The notes beneath the pieces were generated by a model. It had not been told where the DNA came from. It worked only from the letters and a program-made list of their open reading frames with translations, and searched no databases. Positions 42,546 through 52,270 of a stretch of DNA of 64,000 nt are shown piece by piece (the first letter of the stretch is position 1; every line of letters starts with the position of its first letter). The stretch is from an uncultured Pelagibacteraceae bacterium (GTDB taxonomy: Bacteria > Pseudomonadota > Alphaproteobacteria > Pelagibacterales > Pelagibacteraceae), in contig CACFZX010000001.1 of assembly GCA_902570905.1 (NCBI GenBank), positions 786 through 64,785 on the forward strand. Reading direction: 5' to 3'. A program made the position numbers and the translations under genes.

Positions 42546-43987
42546 TATATTTTGATTCCTAGGTGAGTATATTTTACGTTCAAGTAATCTTTGATAGCCA
42601 TAGAACCACCTTCACGTCCATATCCTGTCTGTTTAATTCCTCCAAAAGGTGCTTCTGCAACAGCAACAGCAGCTGTATTTACTGCAACAGTTCCTGTTTG
42701 CATTAATTCAGATGCTCTATGAGCTTGATCCATTGAGTTAGTGTATATATAACTACATAAACCAAGGTCATTATTATTTGCTCTTTCAATAACTTCATCA
42801 AATGTTTTAAAAGATAACATAGGAACAAGTGGTCCAAATGGCTCTTCTTTCATTATTGTAAAATCATCTTTTACATCATCAAATATTGTTGGCTCATAAA
42901 AATATCCTTTATTAAAACCAGATGGTCTTTTTCCACCAAGTAAAACTTTTGCTCCTTCTTTTTTCGTTGTTTCAACTAATGCTTCAACTTCTGATAATCT
43001 TTTTGCAGTGGTTAAAGGCCCTAATTGAACATCTTTATCCAATCCATTTCCTATTTTAAGTTTTTTTGTTTTATCAATAAAAGTTTTTATAAACTCATCT
43101 TTCTTTTTTTCTTGAATATAAAATCTATTTGGTGAAATACATACTTGACCATTATTTCTAAATTTTGCTGTAATTGCCATATCAGCAACTTTGTTTATAT
43201 CAACGTCATCAAAAACTATAAAAGGCGAGTGACCACTAAGTTCCATTGTAACTCTTTGAACTTTATCTGCTGCTTTTTTTAATATTAATTTTCCTACTCT
43301 TGTAGACCCAGTAATAGAAACTTTTTTTACAATATCAGACTCTAATAATTCGTTAGATATTTCAGCTGGATCTCCTGACAAAAGATTCACAACTCCTGAA
43401 GGAACGCCAGCCTCTTTACAAATATCTATTAATTCCATAACTGTTCCTGGGGTAATTACATCTGGTTTACAAATCACTGAACATCCGGCTGCTAAAGCTG
43501 TAGATATTTTTCTAGCTGCTAAAACTAATGGAAAATTCCAAGGGACTAACGCAGCTACCACACCTACCGGTTGGTAATAAACATGAACCCTGGTTTCAGG
43601 GAATCTACTTTGAATTGTTTGTCCATAAATTCTTTTTGTTTCCTCAGCGTTCCATTCAAATATATCAGCGGCACCACCTGTCTCTCCAATTCCTTCAGCT
43701 ATAGGTTTTCCTACTTCCAATGTTAACCATTTTGCTAAAATATCTTGTTTTTCTCTCATTAAATCTGCTATTTTTCTAATAATATAAGATCTTTTCCACG
43801 GTGAAGTATTTTTCCAAATTTCTAATCCTCTCTCAGCAGATTTCAAAGCTTTCTGAACATCTATAGACGAGGCTTTAGATGCTTTGCCAATAATTTCCTC
43901 AGTTGCAGGATTAATTACTTCGTAAGTTTCTTTTTTTTCAGCTTGTTGCCATTTACCATCAATGAACTGTCCAAATTTACTATACAT
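42545..43987 (-). CDS. NAD-dependent aldehyde dehydrogenase (GabD / AraE alpha-ketoglutarate-semialdehyde dehydrogenase-like)
   Basis: PWNFP, TGST.VG, MELSGHSP, KFRN.GQVCISP, EEPFGP; no MmsA/IolA signature. Confidence 0.88.
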   Translation of the reverse strand: MYSKFGQFIDGKWQQAEKKETYEVINPATEEIIGKASKASSIDVQKALKSAERGLEIWKNTSPWKRSYIIRKIADLMREKQDILAKWLTLEVGKPIAEGIGETGGAADIFEWNAEETKRIYGQTIQSRFPETRVHVYYQPVGVVAALVPWNFPLVLAARKISTALAAGCSVICKPDVITPGTVMELIDICKEAGVPSGVVNLLSGDPAEISNELLESDIVKKVSITGSTRVGKLILKKAADKVQRVTMELSGHSPFIVFDDVDINKVADMAITAKFRNNGQVCISPNRFYIQEKKKDEFIKTFIDKTKKLKIGNGLDKDVQLGPLTTAKRLSEVEALVETTKKEGAKVLLGGKRPSGFNKGYFYEPTIFDDVKDDFTIMKEEPFGPLVPMLSFKTFDEVIERANNNDLGLCSYIYTNSMDQAHRASELMQTGTVAVNTAAVAVAEAPFGGIKQTGYGREGGSMAIKDYLNVKYTHLGIKI

Positions 43988-44040
43988 AATTTTTATTTTA
44001 TGGTTTATTAAGTGAAATTTTAAGGGAATATATCTAGATT

Positions 44041-45885
44041 ATGAAAAAAATAAAGCTTACATGTGCACATGCAATAGTCAAATATCTTATATCTCAAAAA
44101 ATTCTCATTGATGGCAAAAAAGAACCTTTATTTGCTGGTGCATTTGGTATTTTTGGCCATGGTAATGTAGCTTGTTTGGGTCAAGCATTAGAAGAAAATA
44201 AAGATCAAATTCCAACCTTTAGAGGTCATCACGAGCAAAACATGGCTTTAACAGGAATAGCTTATGCAAGAGCAAAAAGAAGAAAACAAATTTTTGTTGC
44301 GACTAGCTCTGTAGGACCTGGTTCAACAAATATGGTTACAGCAGCAGCAGTAGCAATGAGTAATAGGTTGCCAGTTTTATTTTTACCAGGTGATACTTAT
44401 GCAAATAGGATGCCTGATCCTGTACTTCAGCAAGTTGAACATTTCAATAATCCAGGAGTAACAGCAAATGATGCTTTTAAACCTGTAACTAGATATTTTG
44501 ATAGAATTACTAGGCCAGAACAAATTTTACAAACCTTTCCTCAGGCAATTCAAGTTATGTTAGACCCAGCTGATTGTGGACCAGCATGCATTTCATTATG
44601 TCAGGATATACAAGGAGAAACATTTGATTATCCAGAAGATTTTTTTAATGAGAAAGTTCATAATATTAGAAGACCAAGACCAGATGATTTTCAAATTAAA
44701 GAAGCAGTAGAAAAAATAAAGAAATCAAAAAATCCAATAATAATTTCAGGTGGCGGAGTTTTTTATTCTGATGCAATGGATGATTTATCAAATTTTGCAA
44801 TTAAACATAATATACCAGTAACTCAAACAGTTATGGGTTACTCAACTATGAAAAGAGACCATTCTCATTTTTTAGGACCTATTGGAGGACTTGGAGGGAA
44901 AGCTGCAAATAATTTTGCAAAAGAAACTGATCTAGCTATTGCAATTGGAACAAAACTTGGTGACTTTACTACTGGTTCATGGGCAAATTTTGAAAATCCT
45001 AAATTTTCACTAGTTTCAATTAATGTTTCTAGATTTGATGCAAATAAACATATGGCACAATCTGTTATAGGTGATGCTAAGGTTTCACTTAATGAACTTT
45101 CACAAGCCCTAGGTGATTGGAAAGCACCTGATGATTGGTATCAGAAATCTAGAAGTGAACTTAAATCTTGGAATGAATATGTAGATAAAGAAAGTGGACC
45201 GACTAACCAAAAACTTCCAAGCTACGCACATGCAGTTGGAGCGATATACAGAAATTCAGATCCAACTGATATTGCAGTAACTGCAGCAGGTGGTTTAGTA
45301 GGAGAAGTAGTTCAAATTTGGAGACCTAGAGAACTTAATACCCATGAAACAGAGTGGGGTTTTAGTTGTATGGGATATGAAATCTCAGGATCTCTAGGCA
45401 TTAAAATGGCTAACCCAGACAAAGAAGTAATTACATTTATTGGCGATGGTTCTTACCTTTTATATAATTCAGATATTTATTCATCAGTTATCACAAACAA
45501 TAAACTTATAATTGTTGTCTGTGATAACGGAGGACATGCAGTAATCAATAGATTACAATTATTTAAGGGAGGAAAAGAATTTAATTGTCTTTTTGAAAGT
45601 TCAAATGCTCCAAATCTTGTAAGTGTAAATTTTGCAAAACATGCAGAGAGTATGGGGGCTAAATCTGAACAAGTATCTTCTATCTCTGAACTTGAAGAGG
45701 CATTTAAAAGAGCAAAAAAATCAAAAGTAACATATGTAATTTCTATAAAAACTCACTCATATCAATGGTTAGAGGGGTCAGCTTATTGGGAAAGTCCAAC
45801 TTTAGAGATTCCAACATCAAAAGAAAATGAACAAGCATTGAAATTACACAAAGAAGGTAAATCCAAACAAAGACAAGGTGTTTAA
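44041..45885 (+). CDS. iolD: 3D-(3,5/4)-trihydroxycyclohexane-1,2-dione acylhydrolase
   Basis: IFGHGNV, EQ.MA, S.GPG..N, LPGD..A.R.PDPVLQQ, E.GFSCMGYE, ThDP motif GDGSY...DN. Confidence 0.95.
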   Translation: MKKIKLTCAHAIVKYLISQKILIDGKKEPLFAGAFGIFGHGNVACLGQALEENKDQIPTFRGHHEQNMALTGIAYARAKRRKQIFVATSSVGPGSTNMVTAAAVAMSNRLPVLFLPGDTYANRMPDPVLQQVEHFNNPGVTANDAFKPVTRYFDRITRPEQILQTFPQAIQVMLDPADCGPACISLCQDIQGETFDYPEDFFNEKVHNIRRPRPDDFQIKEAVEKIKKSKNPIIISGGGVFYSDAMDDLSNFAIKHNIPVTQTVMGYSTMKRDHSHFLGPIGGLGGKAANNFAKETDLAIAIGTKLGDFTTGSWANFENPKFSLVSINVSRFDANKHMAQSVIGDAKVSLNELSQALGDWKAPDDWYQKSRSELKSWNEYVDKESGPTNQKLPSYAHAVGAIYRNSDPTDIAVTAAGGLVGEVVQIWRPRELNTHETEWGFSCMGYEISGSLGIKMANPDKEVITFIGDGSYLLYNSDIYSSVITNNKLIIVVCDNGGHAVINRLQLFKGGKEFNCLFESSNAPNLVSVNFAKHAESMGAKSEQVSSISELEEAFKRAKKSKVTYVISIKTHSYQWLEGSAYWESPTLEIPTSKENEQALKLHKEGKSKQRQGV

Positions 45886-45892
45886 CAAAACC

Positions 45893-47053
45893 ATGAATAG
45901 AGTTTTTAAAGTGGGTTTAATAGGTTGTGGTCATATTTCTGAAACTTATTTTAGAGCTCATAAATATTTTAATAATTTCAAAATAATAAAATGTGCCGAT
46001 ATTAATGAGAAAGCAGCAAAGAAATGCTCTAAGCAGTATGGAATAAAATTTCTTTCCGTAACTAATTTACTTAAAGATAAAGAAGTTGAAATTATTTTAA
46101 ATTTAACACCACCAAAATCACATTTTCAAATTGCAAAGAAAAGTCTTTTAAATGGCAAGCATGTTTATTCTGAAAAACCTTTAGCAATAAATTTGAAAGA
46201 TGGAAAAGAGTTATTAAAAATTTCTAAAAAGAAAAAACTTTATATAGGTAATGCACCAGATACATTTTTAGGTGGAGGAAATCAAAAATCTAAAGAACTT
46301 TTAGAAAAAAATATTGTTGGTAAAGTTAATCTTGGAAATGCAATATTTGCTTTTCCTGGTGTTCAATCTTATCATCCTAATCCTGAACCTTGGTTTGCAA
46401 AAAAAGAAGGTGGCCCAGTAATTGATATGGGGCCATATTATTTAACTGCTTTAGTAAATTTATTAGGACCAGCTAAAGAAGTTAAAGCTGCAAGTTTAAT
46501 GAAGGGTACTAAATTTAGAACAATTGGAATTGGTCCAAAAAAAGGTAAAAAAATTAAAGTTGAATGCCCCACAACATATTTCACTACAATCGTTTTTGAA
46601 AATAACTCTATTATAAGATTAACATTATCTTTCGATGTAATTGCACATCAAAGAAATCATATAGAGTTATATGGCACAAAAGGATCGATGATTGTTCCTG
46701 ACCCAAACATGTTTGGTGGATCTGTTTATGTCTGCAAAAGTCTTGGAAAACCATGGAACGAATTTAAAACTAACAAAATGGCATTAGGAAAAATTAATAT
46801 TAGATCACAAAGCTCAAGAGCAAACGAATCTCCTACAAATGCAAATTACCGAGGAGTAGGATTAGCCGAAATGGCTTATTGTATTGAACACAAAAAAAAG
46901 CATCGATGTAGCGGTGAAGTTTCTGTTCACGTTTTAGATTTAATAGAGTCTACAATGTATTCTGCAAGGACAAACAAACCAAAAAAAATTGATACTACTT
47001 GCAAAATACCTAAAATATTTACAGCAAAAGAAATAAATAAAATTATGAGATAA
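45893..47053 (+). CDS. Gfo/Idh/MocA family oxidoreductase
   Basis: IGCG.IS, NLT.P..H, YSEKP, APDTFLG, GGP..DMGPYY. Confidence 0.9.
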   Translation: MNRVFKVGLIGCGHISETYFRAHKYFNNFKIIKCADINEKAAKKCSKQYGIKFLSVTNLLKDKEVEIILNLTPPKSHFQIAKKSLLNGKHVYSEKPLAINLKDGKELLKISKKKKLYIGNAPDTFLGGGNQKSKELLEKNIVGKVNLGNAIFAFPGVQSYHPNPEPWFAKKEGGPVIDMGPYYLTALVNLLGPAKEVKAASLMKGTKFRTIGIGPKKGKKIKVECPTTYFTTIVFENNSIIRLTLSFDVIAHQRNHIELYGTKGSMIVPDPNMFGGSVYVCKSLGKPWNEFKTNKMALGKINIRSQSSRANESPTNANYRGVGLAEMAYCIEHKKKHRCSGEVSVHVLDLIESTMYSARTNKPKKIDTTCKIPKIFTAKEINKIMR

Positions 47054-47054
47054 T

Positions 47055-47954
47055 ATGCAAATCGGTATTGATGTTGGCGCAACAAAAATAGAATATATAA
47101 TATTACATGATAATGGTGAAGAGAGTAGCAGGTCTAGGATTGATTGCCCAAAAGATTATGTCTCAATTATAAAATCAATAAAAGAAATAGTAATTAAACT
47201 TGAAAAAGATGCAAAAAGAGAACTTCCTGTTGGCGTTTGTCATCCTGGTATTCATTCAGTCCATACAGGTTTAATTAAAAACTCCCCCAATTGTGAATGG
47301 ATAAATAATAAGCCATTTCAAAAGGATTTAAGATCATTATTATCTAGAGAAGTTTTTTGTGAAAATGATGCAAATTGTTTTACACTTTCTGAAGCTATAG
47401 ATGGATCAGGTAAACATTATAAAATAGTATTTGGTGTAATTTTAGGGTCTGGTGTTGGTGGAGGTTTAGTCATTGATAAAAAAATTGTATCAGGACCACA
47501 CGGTATTACTGGAGAGTGGGGTCACAATCAAATACCTATGATTGGTAAGGATATAAAAATTGAAAAAACAAATTTAAGAGAAGGTGAGATAGAAAGCTTT
47601 GTTTCTGGTTTAAGCTTAGCAAAAAAATTTAATGAGAAATATAAAAAAGTTCTTACTGCTAACCAAATTTTTGAATTATACAGAAAAAATGATTTAGACG
47701 CACAAGGATCTATAGAGGAATTTAAAGAAAATTTATCTATGGGAATAGCTTCAGTAGTAAATGTATTAGATCCAGATGCATTTATTTTTGGTGGAGGACT
47801 ATCAAATGAAATTGATTTTTTTAATGAAGTACAAGCTAATGTTAGAAAATTTGTTGCAGGTAATGAATTCGAAGGAGTTTTTTTGAAACCAAAGTTTGGA
47901 GATGCAAGCGGTGTAAGAGGCGCAGCAAGATTAGGAAGAAGAGTAAGTTATTAA
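47055..47954 (+). CDS. ROK family sugar kinase (Mak/fructokinase-like)
   Basis: GID.G.TKIE, ENDANC..LSE, G.GVGGG, GEWGH, GGGLSN, GD.SGVRGAA. Confidence 0.88.
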   Translation: MQIGIDVGATKIEYIILHDNGEESSRSRIDCPKDYVSIIKSIKEIVIKLEKDAKRELPVGVCHPGIHSVHTGLIKNSPNCEWINNKPFQKDLRSLLSREVFCENDANCFTLSEAIDGSGKHYKIVFGVILGSGVGGGLVIDKKIVSGPHGITGEWGHNQIPMIGKDIKIEKTNLREGEIESFVSGLSLAKKFNEKYKKVLTANQIFELYRKNDLDAQGSIEEFKENLSMGIASVVNVLDPDAFIFGGGLSNEIDFFNEVQANVRKFVAGNEFEGVFLKPKFGDASGVRGAARLGRRVSY

Positions 47955-48799
47955 TGAAATTATTAAGAGCAGGTTTACCAGGAAAAGAAAAACCTGCAAT
48001 TATAGATAATGAAAAAAATTTTAGAGATCTATCTAAAGTAGTTAGTGATTTTAATCCACAAAATTTAAATTTTGACACCATAGAAAAGATAAATCAAAAA
48101 AATATAAATTCTCTTCCTTTATTAAATAACAATGAGAGAATAGGATCTTGTGTAACAAACCCAGTAAATTTTTTGGCTATAGGATTAAACTATAAGGCAC
48201 ATGCTGATGAAACAAATTCAGCAGCACCAAAAGAACCTATAGTATTCAATAAATCTCCAAATTGTATAATAGGTCCTCATGATGATGTAGTGATACCAAA
48301 AGAATCAAATTCACTAGATCACGAAGTTGAGATAGCTGTAGTTATTGGTAAAAAAGCTAAATATGTAAATGAAAAAAATGCTCAGGATTACATACTCGGT
48401 TATTGTATCTGTAATGATATTAGTGAAAGAGATTGGCAAAAAAATAGAGGTGGCCAATGGGTAAAGGGGAAATCAGGAGATACATTTGGACCTCTTGGAC
48501 CATATTTAGTAACCAAAGATGAAATTGAAGATCCTTTTAATTTAAATTTATCATTAGATTTAAACGGCAAAAGAAGACAAACAGGTAATACAAAATTAAT
48601 GATTTTTAATTTTAATTTTCTTATATCCCATATAACTCAATTTATTACATTAATGCCAGGCGATTTAATTACAACAGGCACACCCTCTGGAGTTGGAATG
48701 GGAATGACACCACCTGAATATTTAAAAGAGGGAGATCAAATGAAACTTAAGGTAGACGGTTTAGGTGAACAAAATACTAAAGTTTCTAAAGAGAAATAA
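47954..48799 (+). CDS. Fumarylacetoacetate hydrolase family protein
   Basis: MKLLR.G..G.EKP, IGLNY..H, D.EVE, ND.SER, K..DTFGP.GP, TGTP.GVG. Confidence 0.92.
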   Translation: MKLLRAGLPGKEKPAIIDNEKNFRDLSKVVSDFNPQNLNFDTIEKINQKNINSLPLLNNNERIGSCVTNPVNFLAIGLNYKAHADETNSAAPKEPIVFNKSPNCIIGPHDDVVIPKESNSLDHEVEIAVVIGKKAKYVNEKNAQDYILGYCICNDISERDWQKNRGGQWVKGKSGDTFGPLGPYLVTKDEIEDPFNLNLSLDLNGKRRQTGNTKLMIFNFNFLISHITQFITLMPGDLITTGTPSGVGMGMTPPEYLKEGDQMKLKVDGLGEQNTKVSKEK

Positions 48800-48862
48800 C
48801 TTAACTGCGATAATTTAATAATTAATTTACTATAAATTATTGTAATATAGGCTTGTATTTGA

Positions 48863-51553
48863 ATGATAAAAAGAGACTTATATTATGAGAGAATTCCAAC
48901 TAAATCATTGAGAAATGACGTTAGATTTTTGGGAAATATACTAGGCAAGGTAATTAAACAACAAGAAGGTGGTAAATTTTTTAATCTAGTTGAGAAAATT
49001 AGATTACTATCTAAAGCAAACATCAAAAACAAAGATAATAAAAAAAGATTTAAAAAAATTGAAAATGAAATTCAAAAGTTAAGTCCAGAAAAGATATTCA
49101 AATTATCACGAGCGTTTACTCATTTTATGAATTTTATTAATCTATCAGAGTCACTTGATGCTTCTAGAAAATTAGATGAATTCGAGAATTCAAAAATTAA
49201 AAAGGATAATAAAAATATTTTTATAGAAGAAATATTTGAAAGTCTGTTTAAAAATAAAAAAATTTCACAAAACAAAATTTATAACATTGCAAAAAATTTA
49301 AATATCGGAATTGTTTTGACCGCTCATCCAACCGAAGTAAAGAGAAGAACTTTAATTCAAAAATATCATAGTATCACTGAAATTATGGAGCAACGAGAAT
49401 TAATGAAAAATCATAGTTCAAAAATTAAAATTTTAGAAAAAAAATTATATGATGAATTTACAATTATTTGGAATACAGACGATCTTAAAAGATTTAGACC
49501 TACTCCTGCTGAAGAAACTCGTTGGGGCTTAGCTGTAATAGAAGATAGTTTATGGGAGACGATTCCTAAAGTTTATAGAAGGTTAAATGGAATTTTTGTT
49601 AAAAACATGGGAAGAAATTTACCAAAAAATTTTAATCCTATTCAATTTGGATCATGGATGGGTGGAGATAGAGATGGAAATCCAAACGTTACATCTAAAG
49701 TTACTAAAGAAGTAATTTTACTTTCAAGATGGGAGGCAGCAAAATTATATGAAAAAGCATTAACTAAATTAATTAGATCTTTCTCTATGGAAAAATGTTC
49801 AAAAAAAATCAGGAAAGTCGTAGGTAAATCTCATGAACCTTACAGAGTTTACTTAAGACCACTAAGAGATAAAATGAGATATACTCATAGAGCAATAGAA
49901 AATCACTTAGTGAGGAATAATCCTATTAACCAAAGTAAGTTATTGTCAACAAAAGAAGAAATTTTAAAACCTTTGCGTACAGTCAGAGAATCTCTAGAAA
50001 AAAATCAAAGTGAAAATATTGCAAGCGGTGATTTATTAGACTTAATGAGAAGAGCAAAATGTTTTGGAATAAATTTAGCTAAATTAGATATAAGACAAGA
50101 GTCATCTAGGCACTCTCAATTAATTTATGAATTGTTAAAAAAAAAATTTAATAAAAATTATTTAGAATGGACAGAAAAGCAAAAAATTCAATTTTTATCA
50201 AGGAGCATTAGATCAAAGAAAAATATAGTAAATAAATTTACATTTAAAAATAAAGAAAATCTGGAAGTTTGGTCTACATTTAAAGTATTGTCTTACGAAC
50301 CAGAGGAATGTTTAGGAGGTTATATCATCTCAATGACTTCATCTGCTTCAGATATCCTGGCTGTTTCTTTGTTACAAAAAGAGGCAAAAATTAAGCGGAA
50401 ATTAAGAGTAATTCCATTATTTGAAACTTTACAGGATTTAAAAAACGCAAAATCTATTATGGAAAATTTATTCTCACTCAACTGGTACAGAAAGATGATT
50501 AAAAATAAACAAGAAATAATGATAGGTTATTCAGACTCCAGCAAAGATGCAGGTAAATTGTCTGCAAGTTGGCATCAATACAAACTGCAAGAAGAAATAA
50601 TGAAATTAGCAAAGAGATTTAAAATAGATGTCACATTTTTTCATGGAAGAGGTGGATCAGCAGGACGAGGAGGTGGGCCTATACAATCAACTCTTAGATC
50701 ACAACCACCAGGATCAGTAAATGGCAAAATAAGAATTACAGATCAAGGAGAAATGATACAACAAAAATATGGTTATGAGCCAATCGCAAAGTATAATCTT
50801 TGTAGTTATATAGGTGCAGTAATGCAAGCTACGCTCAAGCCACCTCCTCAACCAAAAGATAAATGGAGGCAACTAATTGAAAATATGACAAATATATCGA
50901 CATTGTCATATAGAAAAAATATTAAAGAAAATTCTGACTTCATCAGATATTTTAAAACAGTTACACCCCATCTAGCATTAGGAAAGTTATCGATAGGTTC
51001 TAGACCATCTAAAAGGAAAAATGTAGATAATATTAAAAGTCTTAGAGCTATTCCATGGGTATTTGCATGGACACAAATAAGACTTATGCTTCCTGCATGG
51101 TTAGGAACAGGGGATGCGCTAAAGTATTCTTCACAAAAAAATAATAAATCGATTTTGATAGATATGGAAAAGAACTGGCCTTTCTTTAATTCTACAATGG
51201 ATATTTTAGATATGGTTATTTCAAAAGTTGATCCCGAAATATCTAAAGTCTATGAGAATGGTCTTGCAGATAATAATCTTAAAAATGTTGGCAATAAATT
51301 AAGAAATGAATTTAATGTTGTAAAGAAATTCAATAATCTTATAACTCCGAATGAAATTACATATCAAAGAAATAAGTTTAGAACAAATACATTTGTCAGG
51401 AATATTTATTCAGAGGTTTTAAATATTTTACAAGCAGCAGTTATGAAAAAATTATTAAAAAAAAATATAAGCAAAAAGCATAAAAAAAATCTTGAAGATG
51501 CAATGATGACCTCGATAGCAGGAATTGCTGCTGCTATGAAAAATACAGGCTAA
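48863..51553 (+). CDS. ppc: Phosphoenolpyruvate carboxylase
   Basis: VLTAHPTE, WMGGDRDGNP, MIGYSDS.KDAG, FHGRGG...RGG, LRAIPW, MKNTG. Confidence 0.97.
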   Translation: MIKRDLYYERIPTKSLRNDVRFLGNILGKVIKQQEGGKFFNLVEKIRLLSKANIKNKDNKKRFKKIENEIQKLSPEKIFKLSRAFTHFMNFINLSESLDASRKLDEFENSKIKKDNKNIFIEEIFESLFKNKKISQNKIYNIAKNLNIGIVLTAHPTEVKRRTLIQKYHSITEIMEQRELMKNHSSKIKILEKKLYDEFTIIWNTDDLKRFRPTPAEETRWGLAVIEDSLWETIPKVYRRLNGIFVKNMGRNLPKNFNPIQFGSWMGGDRDGNPNVTSKVTKEVILLSRWEAAKLYEKALTKLIRSFSMEKCSKKIRKVVGKSHEPYRVYLRPLRDKMRYTHRAIENHLVRNNPINQSKLLSTKEEILKPLRTVRESLEKNQSENIASGDLLDLMRRAKCFGINLAKLDIRQESSRHSQLIYELLKKKFNKNYLEWTEKQKIQFLSRSIRSKKNIVNKFTFKNKENLEVWSTFKVLSYEPEECLGGYIISMTSSASDILAVSLLQKEAKIKRKLRVIPLFETLQDLKNAKSIMENLFSLNWYRKMIKNKQEIMIGYSDSSKDAGKLSASWHQYKLQEEIMKLAKRFKIDVTFFHGRGGSAGRGGGPIQSTLRSQPPGSVNGKIRITDQGEMIQQKYGYEPIAKYNLCSYIGAVMQATLKPPPQPKDKWRQLIENMTNISTLSYRKNIKENSDFIRYFKTVTPHLALGKLSIGSRPSKRKNVDNIKSLRAIPWVFAWTQIRLMLPAWLGTGDALKYSSQKNNKSILIDMEKNWPFFNSTMDILDMVISKVDPEISKVYENGLADNNLKNVGNKLRNEFNVVKKFNNLITPNEITYQRNKFRTNTFVRNIYSEVLNILQAAVMKKLLKKNISKKHKKNLEDAMMTSIAGIAAAMKNTG

Positions 51554-51556
51554 GTT

Positions 51557-52261
51557 ATGGAACTATTTTTAGCTTTTGGTGCAGGACTAATTAGTTTTTT
51601 ATCACCCTGCGTTTTACCTCTTATACCTGGTTATATATCTTATATTTCTAATAGCTCACTAAATGAATTAGTTGAAAAAAAAAATATAAATCTATTACCA
51701 TTAATTCTTTTTACTCTTGGATTTTCTATTATTTTTATAATTTTTGGAGCTGCATCAACTTTTTTAGGTCAAACATTGCTTCAAAATTCTTTTGAATTAA
51801 GAATATTTGCTGGAATAGTAATAATAATTTTTTCATTACAAATAATAGGTTTAATTAATTTAAATTTCTTAAATTACGAAAAGAGAATACAAACTAATAA
51901 TAACAAAAACTTTTATAGCCCAATAATTATAGGTATGGCATTCGCATTTGGCTGGACACCCTGTATTGGACCAATATTAGGTTCTATCTTGGTTCTAGCT
52001 TCAACAGAAGAGAGTATAAATAAAGGAATTTTACTCTTATCAGTTTATTCAATGGGATTAGCAATTCCATTTATAATTTCAGGATATTTAATTCAAAAAT
52101 TTTTAATTTTTTCTAAGAATTTTAGAAAAAATATTAATTTAGTTTCCAAAATAGGTGGATGTGTATTGTTGATAACTGGGGTTTTAATTTTAACAAATCA
52201 ACTTCAAACTTTAGGATATTACATATTAAATACCTTTCCATTTCTTCAGAATTTCGGATAA
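51557..52261 (+). CDS. ccdA: Cytochrome c biogenesis protein CcdA
   Basis: SFLSPCVLPL, FGWTPCIGPIL. Confidence 0.93.
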   Translation: MELFLAFGAGLISFLSPCVLPLIPGYISYISNSSLNELVEKKNINLLPLILFTLGFSIIFIIFGAASTFLGQTLLQNSFELRIFAGIVIIIFSLQIIGLINLNFLNYEKRIQTNNNKNFYSPIIIGMAFAFGWTPCIGPILGSILVLASTEESINKGILLLSVYSMGLAIPFIISGYLIQKFLIFSKNFRKNINLVSKIGGCVLLITGVLILTNQLQTLGYYILNTFPFLQNFG

Positions 52262-52270
52262 GAATAGTTA

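Noticed and set aside
42545-43987. ALDH as IolA/MmsA
   Set aside because: Motifs (PWNFP, ELSGHSP, KFRNNGQVC) fit GabD/AraE-type enzymes, not CoA-acylating MmsA (PFNFP, GAKNH, GERCMA)
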